The position numbers were made by a program, and so were the translations under genes. This document shows positions 50,637-59,301 of a DNA stretch of 64,000 nucleotides, piece after piece. Source of the DNA: a virus; the IMG/VR virus record IMGVR_UViG_3300028821_000038, positions 1-64,000 of that record. The stretch is one strand, 5' to 3'. Numbering within the stretch: position 1 is the stretch's first letter; every line of letters begins with the position of its first letter. Under the pieces are notes generated by a model. It was not told where the DNA came from, did not search any database, and saw only the letters and a program-made list of their open reading frames with translations.

Positions 50637-50777
50637 ATGTTCGACAAGAATGAGCTACTTAAGGTAGCACAGGAGGTCAGGGAGCAGGGGATAACAACAA
50701 ATGTCCACAAAGAGCTTATGAAGAAGGCGCAACTCATCAAGGTTGCGACTCTTGTGACATATATAAAAAACCATTAA
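50637..50777 (+). CDS. Small K-x-A protein (46 aa, not in ORF track)
   Basis: MFDKNELLKVAQEVREQGITTNVHKELMKKAQLIKVATLVTYIKNH; AAAGGA RBS. Confidence 0.7.
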   Translation: MFDKNELLKVAQEVREQGITTNVHKELMKKAQLIKVATLVTYIKNH

Positions 50778-50792
50778 CAAGGGGATGGCGTC

Positions 50793-52631
50793 TTGATTTT
50801 TGACGACTTTGATTATAAGCGGCGCTATAGAAAGCATCCGCTTTTATCACAATTCAGTAGCTCTTTGCCGTCCAACATCAAGGAGCTTTTTCAGTGGATG
50901 GAATTTATCGTTGCTAACAATCCTATTGCGGCAGCTGGGATTAAGAAGCTTTCAGAGGTTCCGATTACATCCCTTAGATATTCTGCGGGAGACGATGTTG
51001 AGGAGGGGTCTTTCTCTAATAAGGATAGCTGGAAGAGTATCCTGGAAAACAATCTAAACATTAGAGCTGCGCTATTGAATATATCATACAATGCCCACCT
51101 GTATGGTAACTGTTTTATTTCTGTGTATGCCCCAATAGTTAGATTTTTGATATGCGACACCTGTGGTAGCAGAATAAATATAAATCACAGTCAAAAGCTA
51201 AAGGCTTTCATAGAGAAGAGAAAAGATCAGGCTATTGACGAGGCATACGAAGAGGTTGAGCATGGTGACAGTAAAGGAAATGACTATTCCAGGATATACC
51301 AACAGCAGAAAAATGATCGTCAGAAATTAAAATTCAAATGTTTGTGTAGGCAGTGCAAGGCTGTAACGGTTCATACTGCAAAAGATACACCTATCAAAAA
51401 AAAGGAAGATATAAATATCGTTATATGGAATCCGAATCATATTAAATTGGCAGGCAATCCAATTTCAGGCGAGGAGGAAATATACTACGATATTCCAGAT
51501 GAGCTTAAAAGCGCTATAAAGCAAAACGATCCGCTATTGCTTTCCACGACACCTATCCCCATAATAGAATCGGCAATAACCAACAAGATATTCAAATTTT
51601 CAAAAAACTCAATATTTCATCTAAAAAAAGAAGCAATCAGTGGGATATCCACCTCTTGGGGGATTCCTTCTCTCACTGCAGCCATTCCTGCCTTTTTAAC
51701 ACTAATGATTCTTCGCAAGGCAAACGAAAAAATTGCTGCAGACTATATGGTTCCATTAAGGATTATGTTCCCCTCTCAGCAGGCAAATCCCAGCGAGATG
51801 TTCAACTATATGAACGGTACTAACTTTGTGCAAAAGATGAGAACTATGATTGAGAGATGGAAAGCTGATCCATCGGGCGTGCAAACAACTCCATTTCCCG
51901 TAGGAACCGAGACAATATTGGGGGACGGTAAATTGCTGACTCTAAATGCGGAGATTGAGCAACTTGAAGCAAATATCGCCAACAGCTTGGGGATTCCTAT
52001 TGAGTTTATCAAGGGAGGGCTTAGTTATACAGCCCAGGGTAGTTCACTGAGACTACTTGAGAATCAACTTGCAAAAATCACAGCAGGGCTTGATGACGCA
52101 ATTGAATTTATTGTAAATAAAGTTAGTAGAATATTGCATAAAGAGCCTATTCCTATCAAGCTGATTCCGTTCAAGATTATTGATGACCTCCAGGAGAAGG
52201 CTGCTATTATTCAACTTGCATCGTCTGGACAAGGAATGATAAGCAAGGCTACCATTCTTGAAATGTTTAACCTTGATGCTAATAACGAACTCAACAGGTC
52301 TGTTGAAGAGCAAAAAGATGAAGTCAAGAGGCAAATACAGCTTCAAGATTATCAGCAAGAAGTTGCTTCAAGTATTGAAGAGAAAGCTAAACAAAAAGAG
52401 CAGATGAATACTGGAAGCTTCGAGATGCTCAATCAACAGGCACTCATGCAGGAAGCTCAAGTGTATGCACAGCAACTTTCTCAAATGGATCCGGGCATGA
52501 GAAAATCCCAGCTGGATGAGATGGCTAAAACAAACTATATTATGTATGGTGTAGTTAAGGCATTACTGGAGATGCAAGACCACAAGCAGGATTATGCTGC
52601 GGCCCAGCAAGCTAAACAAGATGGCCAATAA
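50793..52631 (+). CDS. Portal protein
   Basis: NPIAAAGIKKLSEVPIT, HLYGNCFI, IFHLK...WGIPSL, IANSLGIPIEFI, ISKATIL; Zn-finger insert and coiled-coil tail. Confidence 0.7.
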   Translation: MIFDDFDYKRRYRKHPLLSQFSSSLPSNIKELFQWMEFIVANNPIAAAGIKKLSEVPITSLRYSAGDDVEEGSFSNKDSWKSILENNLNIRAALLNISYNAHLYGNCFISVYAPIVRFLICDTCGSRININHSQKLKAFIEKRKDQAIDEAYEEVEHGDSKGNDYSRIYQQQKNDRQKLKFKCLCRQCKAVTVHTAKDTPIKKKEDINIVIWNPNHIKLAGNPISGEEEIYYDIPDELKSAIKQNDPLLLSTTPIPIIESAITNKIFKFSKNSIFHLKKEAISGISTSWGIPSLTAAIPAFLTLMILRKANEKIAADYMVPLRIMFPSQQANPSEMFNYMNGTNFVQKMRTMIERWKADPSGVQTTPFPVGTETILGDGKLLTLNAEIEQLEANIANSLGIPIEFIKGGLSYTAQGSSLRLLENQLAKITAGLDDAIEFIVNKVSRILHKEPIPIKLIPFKIIDDLQEKAAIIQLASSGQGMISKATILEMFNLDANNELNRSVEEQKDEVKRQIQLQDYQQEVASSIEEKAKQKEQMNTGSFEMLNQQALMQEAQVYAQQLSQMDPGMRKSQLDEMAKTNYIMYGVVKALLEMQDHKQDYAAAQQAKQDGQ

Positions 52632-53328
52632 CCGCTTTGGCTATCTTGATATATTCGTCTTTGAATTTGTAGTTTGCCTCTTGCATTTCTTTGAAAAAGT
52701 TGTCAGAACCCATAAAGGACTTCACTAATCCTTGCTTTCCGACCAGAAGCACAGCAATGCTATTGTCCTCAAACCTGTAAAATACCATAGTTGTAACTAC
52801 GCCGGTAATGACTATATGCGAAGAAATAGTGCGCCCCATTACTTTGTATTTGAAGTCCCCCTTGAGTGAATTTCTAGGAATAAGCCCAACTCCTGCGACT
52901 ATCGAACCATTGATAGTAGATTCACCCCTGAGCTCTATTGTGTTTTTTGCTGCTATCTCTCCTTCGAGCTGCAGTACCCCAAGAGACTGAATATTTTTTT
53001 CGGCAGTAATAGTCCCTTTTATTTTTGCCGGGCCCATCCTGATATCCATTTGGGAATATAGGGTTCCTTCGATATTTACAGTACTTCCGCACACTATTCG
53101 CTTTGCAGCGATATTGCCTTCGCATCCCACATCACCTTTTACAACCATATTCCCCTGTATAGCAACATCAGTCGCGGCATGAAGTACTCCACATATATTT
53201 ACATTTCCGGCAACGACTAGTTTTTTATCAAGGGAAATACCAACATCTGTTGATGAGACAATCTCGTCTATACGATATGCCTCTCCTGCATCTACCAAAA
53301 AGGGATACTCATTATCGATTATTACCAT
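52612..53328 (-). CDS. Beta-helix repeat protein (bactofilin/polymer-forming-like)
   Basis: Repeated (V/I)xG(N/D/T)(V/I) units across about 120 aa. Confidence 0.55.
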   Translation of the reverse strand: MVIIDNEYPFLVDAGEAYRIDEIVSSTDVGISLDKKLVVAGNVNICGVLHAATDVAIQGNMVVKGDVGCEGNIAAKRIVCGSTVNIEGTLYSQMDIRMGPAKIKGTITAEKNIQSLGVLQLEGEIAAKNTIELRGESTINGSIVAGVGLIPRNSLKGDFKYKVMGRTISSHIVITGVVTTMVFYRFEDNSIAVLLVGKQGLVKSFMGSDNFFKEMQEANYKFKDEYIKIAKAVIGHLV

Positions 53329-53680
53329 GTTTCCAACCTTTCCAATTGCTCCATGTCAAATTCAGCTTATTCATAGCGTCGAAGACTGTTAAGTCATGTA
53401 TATTCTCGCCAGACTCGTGCAGCATAGCCTGTATGTCCTGGAGGGCCCCAAGATAATTTGAGTATGTTTCCAGCTTTACCAAATCATCTTCCTTTTGACC
53501 CTTCTTGTCTTTTCTGAAGTCGTATTTTTCAATATTAAACTTCGCAGCCCCTATCATTTCCGCAACAGAAAGTTTTTTTTCTATATCAAAAATTTTGTTA
53601 CGGCCATTACTTTCATAATGTTTACTTTTGGGGTTTATAAGTGGATGTATCTCATTCGAAGTATATGTGTTATTTTCCAT
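53312..53680 (-). CDS. DUF3310-like phage protein
   Basis: INPKSKHY...FNIEKYDFRKDKKGQKEDDLVK. Confidence 0.65.
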   Translation of the reverse strand: MENNTYTSNEIHPLINPKSKHYESNGRNKIFDIEKKLSVAEMIGAAKFNIEKYDFRKDKKGQKEDDLVKLETYSNYLGALQDIQAMLHESGENIHDLTVFDAMNKLNLTWSNWKGWKHGNNR

Positions 53681-53691
53681 CTCTGTGTCCC

Positions 53692-53877
53692 TTATTGTTT
53701 GTATTGCTTTCTTTGATTGTATCGAAGTATTTGCCTATATACATAAACCTCCACATAGTATTTATCATTGCGCCCAAGTTTAACACTAGCCAAATCTTCG
53801 GCATTGATGATTTGGCTATAGTATGTCTTCTAATATTTGGGGCGAAAGCATCTAAATATGCGAAGGATATCGAGCAT
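53692..53877 (-). pseudogene. Small gene (61 codons before the final TAA) interrupted by TAG at codon 16
   Basis: ATG overlaps the nrdB stop (TAATG); the frame fills the gap up to the next RBS apart from TAG at 53832..53830. Confidence 0.45.
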
Positions 53878-54929
53878 TATATATCATCCCACCCTTCAAG
53901 TATCTCTGGAGACTTGTATGTGATACTTGTAGTTTCAAATTGGTTGGCCCTATTGCTAGACTCATCATCTACAGACGCAATTCTCTCAAGGTGTGCATAT
54001 GGGTTAGTTTTTTGGGTAGGGAATACTTCTGGAACCCCTATTGCTTTGAGTCTCTTGTTTGCAAGGTAATATGTGTATGCCTTTATACTATTAGAATCCA
54101 TACCAAGAACCTTATCACCTATTGTCTCCAAGCTGAATTTAAGTTCTAATTCTACTGCTTTTGTGAAAAACTCTATTGCTACCTCTTCGTAAAAGGATGG
54201 ATTTTCTTCTTGTCTGTATATCTTCAGTATCTCCTCAAAGCCTTTGCAGTGGACAGCCTCATCTCTCTGGATATATCTGATTTGAGTATCTGTTCCAATC
54301 ATCATATTTCTACTGGCTAGGTTGTGAAAAAATTGGAATCCGTTGTAGAAATATAGGCCCTCTAGTGCATAGTTTCCAAGAAGTACGCGATAAAAATTTA
54401 GCTCATTCCTTGTTTCATTGCACTCATCGTATAGCTCAGCAATAAGCTTGTTTCTCTCCAAGAGCAATTGATTATCTCTCCATCTATACACAATATGCCC
54501 CATTTCTTCTTTATTGAGCATATTGGTCAAGATATACCCATATGACCTTGAGTGTATGGCCTCTTCATATGTTTGTCTTGCAAGAAAATAAACTACCTCT
54601 GGCAGCGTAATATAGTCTGCTATGTTGGGTAGATTATTTGTTTGTACGCTGTCAAGGAAAATTAGAAAGGATAAAATATCATCATATCCATCCTTCTCCT
54701 CCTTTGTGAGCTCTTTTTTGTACTGCCTCTTGTCTCTATCCATAGAACTTACTTTTTGAGGAAGCCAGTTATTTGGATACATCACTGTATCGACCAGCTC
54801 AATAAATTTTGGATATTTCACAGAGCTAAGGTCTAGGATGTTAGTGGTCTCTCCGCAGAAAAGTTTCTGCTTCGAGTCATCCGCTGCCGGATTGAACATT
54901 TTTTTATATTCGCATATTTCATTTGTCAT
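53877..54929 (-). CDS. nrdB: Ribonucleotide reductase class Ia beta subunit
   Basis: LDSVQ, EEAIHSRSY (radical Tyr), LEGLYFYNGF, IQRDEAVH di-iron ligands. Confidence 0.95.
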   Translation of the reverse strand: MTNEICEYKKMFNPAADDSKQKLFCGETTNILDLSSVKYPKFIELVDTVMYPNNWLPQKVSSMDRDKRQYKKELTKEEKDGYDDILSFLIFLDSVQTNNLPNIADYITLPEVVYFLARQTYEEAIHSRSYGYILTNMLNKEEMGHIVYRWRDNQLLLERNKLIAELYDECNETRNELNFYRVLLGNYALEGLYFYNGFQFFHNLASRNMMIGTDTQIRYIQRDEAVHCKGFEEILKIYRQEENPSFYEEVAIEFFTKAVELELKFSLETIGDKVLGMDSNSIKAYTYYLANKRLKAIGVPEVFPTQKTNPYAHLERIASVDDESSNRANQFETTSITYKSPEILEGWDDI

Positions 54930-54976
54930 TTAGCGCCTCCTATATATGTAGAATGCCGAAGTGTAGCACCTGAAAC

Positions 54977-57259
54977 TTAATTTTTGCAGTCAGAGCATAT
55001 GTTGTTACCATTATCATTAACACTTCCACCTCTCCCAATTGTCAAGCTGTAGTACACCGCTTTTAATTCTTTAGCCCTAAAGGCATCTATAATCTCTTTG
55101 GAGATATCTCCGATATTGGCTATGTCTGGATCTATATCTATCTCCATACTGATTCCTGTGTCCACCCATCGCTGAAGTCTTCTTACAAAACGAATAATAT
55201 CAACAGGATTGTACTGGAACCTTGTCTTGTAGTACCAATATCGCTCTTTTATAAACATAGGTAGAATCGTTACAACCATATCAGAAAGTGTTTGACTCAT
55301 ATCTTTGTTGTGTATAGGTAAGATAGATGGAGAGGCGCCCATCATGATTCCAGTTGTTGTATTTGGCGCATCTGCATTTATAAGCATATTTCGTATACCA
55401 TATCGCATGATATCGCTATGCAAACCAACCCAATCTAATCCATTTGGGCTGAGCTTATTTAGTTCTTCTGGGTCTCTCCCCAGTATTTTTTGGTAGTTTT
55501 CTCGTTTAAATGCCGGATATGGACCAAACTCTTTGGCTAGACTGATGCTAGCTTTGTAGCAATGATAAGATATCAGCTCTGTGATAGATTCTGCGAGATG
55601 AAGCCCATCTTCCGAGTCAAACATAACTTTGTTATATGCCATGTAATCAGCCATCCCAACCTTGCCAATTCCGATATTCCTAATTTCTTGGGATGATAGC
55701 TTTGCTTCGAGCACAGGCATCTCTCCTATGTCTATGCTTTTATCAAGCATAAGGGTTGCGTAGTAACATACCTCTGGAAGTTTTTCGGGATGCTCGATGA
55801 ATTTAGGAAGAGATATTGACACCAGTGAACACGAGTGATACCTACCATTTGTTTTTGTAGTTTCTCTCTTGTCGAGTGTCGATTTTTCTTCCCACTCTGT
55901 TGCCAGTTTAGAAAAACTAAAGCTTTCAACACATAGGTTACCGCATTTTGAAATACCACCATTTTCTTTGTCGTACTTCATATAGTTTGAGAAATTTAGC
56001 ATGTCTTTATGAGTAATAAAGAAGTCTCCAATCTCAATCCAAACCCATAATATTTTTTTCCATATATCCTTCGCTGGTATCTTTTCCCCTGAGATTTTTC
56101 CATTTGCAGCCATCTCTTGGGCTAACTTGATGGCATCCAGCAACTCGTCCTCTATAAGTTCCGTAATGTCGATGCCTGTTTTTTGCTGAAACTCATATTG
56201 ATTGAATATGTAAACATCTTGTTTATTGTGCACAGCCTCTATAAAATAACTGTCTACTACAATCTGAGGGAAAATGTCAAAGGCTTTATCTCTTAAGTCA
56301 CCGTCAAGCTCAGACTTGATTGATAAAAACTCGAAGATATCCATATGCCACCAATCCAAAGCAATAGTTATTGCTCCTTTTCTTGTTCCCCCTTGATCTA
56401 CAGCAACTATGATATCATTGATGATTTTAATCCATTTTGTAATAAGGTTTGCTTCAGCAACATTGTATGAATATGTATATCCTGGGCGCACTTTACCAAA
56501 ATACCATCCTATACCACCCCCAAACCTAGATATGACACCGATATCTGAATGGGTTTTAAAAATAGATGATAAAGAGTCTCCAACTTCCCCAATGAAACAC
56601 GAGCCTGTGTTCCCATTCGGTCGCCTAAGGTTTCTCTTAAATGGTGTTGCAAGAGAAATATATTGGAAGTGTATATAGTAGAACATCTTGAAAAAATGTA
56701 CATCATTACCCTCGGACAGCAACAGCGCATTTGCAATATCCGCTATAACAGGATATTCAATAAAACCATTTTTGTGCTTAATGAGATACTTCGTTTTAAG
56801 CACCTCCACCTGAGAGAATAGCATGTTGAAATCGTAGTTTTCTGAAAGTATGAGCTGTGTCACCCTTTTTTTTGTTTTCTTTGGTAGCTTTTTGAGATAC
56901 TGGATTATGTCTTTTTTATAGTATCCGTTTCTGCATAGATACTCGATAATATCCTCCCAATTTTCGACGGATATTCTTATATTTTTCCATATCTCATTAT
57001 ATAGGTTGTTCATAGAGAGCCTTCCTGTAACAAGATTGTATTCAGGTTGCTCTTTTGATATTTTGTTCTTGCCTGTCTCTATTACAATGTCTTGAATTTC
57101 CGATGTTTTGTATTTTGTTTTTGTGAATCGCAGCATGGATTCCAGCTCTAGTGGATTGACGCCAGTTTTATCTACTGCTTTATGGATCTGTCTTCGAATC
57201 TTATCGATTGAAAACGCTTCTTCTCTTCCGTCTTTCTTGATAACAACTACTGCACTCAT
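54977..57259 (-). CDS. nrdA: Ribonucleotide reductase class Ia alpha subunit with ATP cone
   Basis: VIKKDGR cone, GSCF, NLCVE, SCSL, APNTTT, AVYY, C-terminal CSDC; start placed at ATG 57259. Confidence 0.95.
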   Translation of the reverse strand: MSAVVVIKKDGREEAFSIDKIRRQIHKAVDKTGVNPLELESMLRFTKTKYKTSEIQDIVIETGKNKISKEQPEYNLVTGRLSMNNLYNEIWKNIRISVENWEDIIEYLCRNGYYKKDIIQYLKKLPKKTKKRVTQLILSENYDFNMLFSQVEVLKTKYLIKHKNGFIEYPVIADIANALLLSEGNDVHFFKMFYYIHFQYISLATPFKRNLRRPNGNTGSCFIGEVGDSLSSIFKTHSDIGVISRFGGGIGWYFGKVRPGYTYSYNVAEANLITKWIKIINDIIVAVDQGGTRKGAITIALDWWHMDIFEFLSIKSELDGDLRDKAFDIFPQIVVDSYFIEAVHNKQDVYIFNQYEFQQKTGIDITELIEDELLDAIKLAQEMAANGKISGEKIPAKDIWKKILWVWIEIGDFFITHKDMLNFSNYMKYDKENGGISKCGNLCVESFSFSKLATEWEEKSTLDKRETTKTNGRYHSCSLVSISLPKFIEHPEKLPEVCYYATLMLDKSIDIGEMPVLEAKLSSQEIRNIGIGKVGMADYMAYNKVMFDSEDGLHLAESITELISYHCYKASISLAKEFGPYPAFKRENYQKILGRDPEELNKLSPNGLDWVGLHSDIMRYGIRNMLINADAPNTTTGIMMGASPSILPIHNKDMSQTLSDMVVTILPMFIKERYWYYKTRFQYNPVDIIRFVRRLQRWVDTGISMEIDIDPDIANIGDISKEIIDAFRAKELKAVYYSLTIGRGGSVNDNGNNICSDCKN

Positions 57260-57263
57260 GTAT

Positions 57264-57920
57264 TTACTCCGATAGTGATGAATATGTATCTTCAAGCATT
57301 TTGCTCAAATTTTCCCCAAACTCATCATTGTAGTCTATGTTATGTGCAAGCTCCATCATAACCTTGTTATCCTCTTTTCCATCTTTCCATATTTTTTTAT
57401 AGGTGCCATCTTTGTAGCCATTTTTTTGCCTAAATTCATTCAGTATAGATTTCCCAAAATACATTTTTGGTATATCATCCATATTGATACCTAGCCACAT
57501 AGATAGGTCGGAAACTAGACGCAGCAAGTATATGCCTGACGAGTGGTCTAGTCTTTCCTGTCTGGTTACAAGATGAACAATATCTAAGCACTTCATTATG
57601 GCCAAATCTTTGAAAAAGTACGCATTTTTCTTTCTGTATTGCTCGTAGAGATCCTTTAGCTCCGTCTCTGCCGCATGCAATCCTATAGAAGGAAGGGCCA
57701 TAGATAATGCAAAATGCCATATATCAATACACTCTAGTTGTGCATTGTCCAGATCTATATCTCCGTCTTTCCACCACTTCCAAGCCAATGAGTCCATCAG
57801 CTCTGAAGCTTCCACTACTATAGCCACATTCCAATTGAACCTCTTCTGTAACCACATTGGACCAGCTGTTATCTCATTTAACTCGTATTGTCTTTTTGCC
57901 ATATTAAATAAAGGATTCAT
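57264..57920 (-). CDS. dut: Dimeric all-alpha dUTPase (dUTPase_2 family)
   Basis: VEASELMDS, WKWWK, ECIDIWHF, KSILNEFRQKNGYKDG.Y.KIW..GKEDN. Confidence 0.9.
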   Translation of the reverse strand: MNPLFNMAKRQYELNEITAGPMWLQKRFNWNVAIVVEASELMDSLAWKWWKDGDIDLDNAQLECIDIWHFALSMALPSIGLHAAETELKDLYEQYRKKNAYFFKDLAIMKCLDIVHLVTRQERLDHSSGIYLLRLVSDLSMWLGINMDDIPKMYFGKSILNEFRQKNGYKDGTYKKIWKDGKEDNKVMMELAHNIDYNDEFGENLSKMLEDTYSSLSE

Positions 57921-57932
57921 ATTCTTTCCTTT

Positions 57933-58115
57933 TTATATTACAAAACTCTCTGTTCCGGGCTGCTTGGCTCCGCAGCACTTGCACTCAACATGCCTAGTGT
58001 ACCCTCCGTCAAACACAACCTTAAAAGAACGTTTACCACATTTTACGCATTTCCTGCTTTTACTTGTCGGTCTGCAAAATATAAAAGGAAGCCACTTTAC
58101 AAGAAACTTTTTCAT
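57933..58115 (-). CDS. Small Zn-ribbon protein
   Basis: CVKCG...ECKCCG; ATGA-coupled to the upstream gene. Confidence 0.6.
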   Translation of the reverse strand: MKKFLVKWLPFIFCRPTSKSRKCVKCGKRSFKVVFDGGYTRHVECKCCGAKQPGTESFVI

Positions 58116-59077
58116 AGCTCTTCTCCTAGAATTTGGCTTTTTGATATTTTTTTATTTAGCTCAAGTATCTGTCTTATGCTTTTTGCATATTTTGCAGTTT
58201 CTGGCTGTGTCCAGTTTTTTGGACCTCCATCATCGGCATATGCATTTCTCTCCCTGAGGAAATGTGGCCATGCAAGATCATCGTTTATCCATCCAGTAAT
58301 GACAAATTTTTTCATTTTAAAATAATATGGCGCACGACTCCATACCTCTCTTGGATATCCAATGCCCTTCAGTAGTTGCTGGATATCGTTTTGAGAAGCT
58401 ATTCGGGTCATATATGATATGAAGCTATCTGCATCCGCCGGAATCTCTTCACCTGCTATCGCATCAGCAATATCCTCGACATCATTATAGATTTGCTCAA
58501 TGACTTCATTTGCATAGCTTACATCCTTCCCAAGGAGCTCTATCTTATCCGGCAGATCTTCAGGGAGCCAATATCTATTTTGTTCACTGACTCTATCACT
58601 TTGTGATTCAGTGGACAACATGGTGTGGGTTACAATCTGGGCCCATACAAACATCGGTGAATTTATCTTAAAGGCAACAAACTCCTTGATTTCATCATTG
58701 TACGGTATGTCCTCATAGGAGATACCTGCATACAATAAAGCCCGCATATTGGTGTATATCTTATTGTTGGCGTAATGGGAAAACCTCATAATGTGTCGGC
58801 GGATGCCTGTAGCGTGTGATGTTATCTTCAGAAACTCATCTTTATCCATAACAACAGGCAAGAACTCCAGGGGTCTTGAGGGCATATTGCCTTCAGCCTC
58901 TCTCATTAGTGACTTGTATCTGACTTCTGGGTTGTTGCTTTTGTCTTTTCCTCTGCTTACAGCAGCGAGGCTTGTAACCCATTCTATTCTGGAATCCTCA
59001 TTTTTATTGGCATGCTCTGCCGGTATAAGCTCAACTTGCCCGCCTCCGTATGTTCCTACTTGTAGACTTTGTTTCAT
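58112..59077 (-). CDS. Divergent ThyX-like (flavin-dependent thymidylate synthase) protein
   Basis: AAVSRG, SRPLEF, FKINSPMFVWAQIVTH...SQSDR, W.HFLRER, TQPET; adjacent to dut and nrdAB; start placed at ATG 59077. Confidence 0.65.
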   Translation of the reverse strand: MKQSLQVGTYGGGQVELIPAEHANKNEDSRIEWVTSLAAVSRGKDKSNNPEVRYKSLMREAEGNMPSRPLEFLPVVMDKDEFLKITSHATGIRRHIMRFSHYANNKIYTNMRALLYAGISYEDIPYNDEIKEFVAFKINSPMFVWAQIVTHTMLSTESQSDRVSEQNRYWLPEDLPDKIELLGKDVSYANEVIEQIYNDVEDIADAIAGEEIPADADSFISYMTRIASQNDIQQLLKGIGYPREVWSRAPYYFKMKKFVITGWINDDLAWPHFLRERNAYADDGGPKNWTQPETAKYAKSIRQILELNKKISKSQILGEEL

Positions 59078-59085
59078 GTTATCTC

Positions 59086-59286
59086 CTAATTTTGTTTTGA
59101 AAAATATAAACCATCCCTGCGTTCTATGAGTTTTTGTTTGGTTAATTGGTTGAGGGCGGGTTTCGCCCATTTTCCCGCCTTTTTTCTGGGGTACCCAAAG
59201 GCTATACCAATATCCATTGCGGATATGCCGTGTTTACCATACTTCTCGACATACTTAAGAATGTCGCCTTGCTTTGGGGTAAGCAA
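59086..59286 (-). CDS. Small winged-HTH protein
   Basis: LTPKQGDILKY...LNQLTKQKLIER. Confidence 0.6.
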   Translation of the reverse strand: MLTPKQGDILKYVEKYGKHGISAMDIGIAFGYPRKKAGKWAKPALNQLTKQKLIERRDGLYFSKQN

Positions 59287-59301
59287 CTATCTCCTCCTCT
59301 T

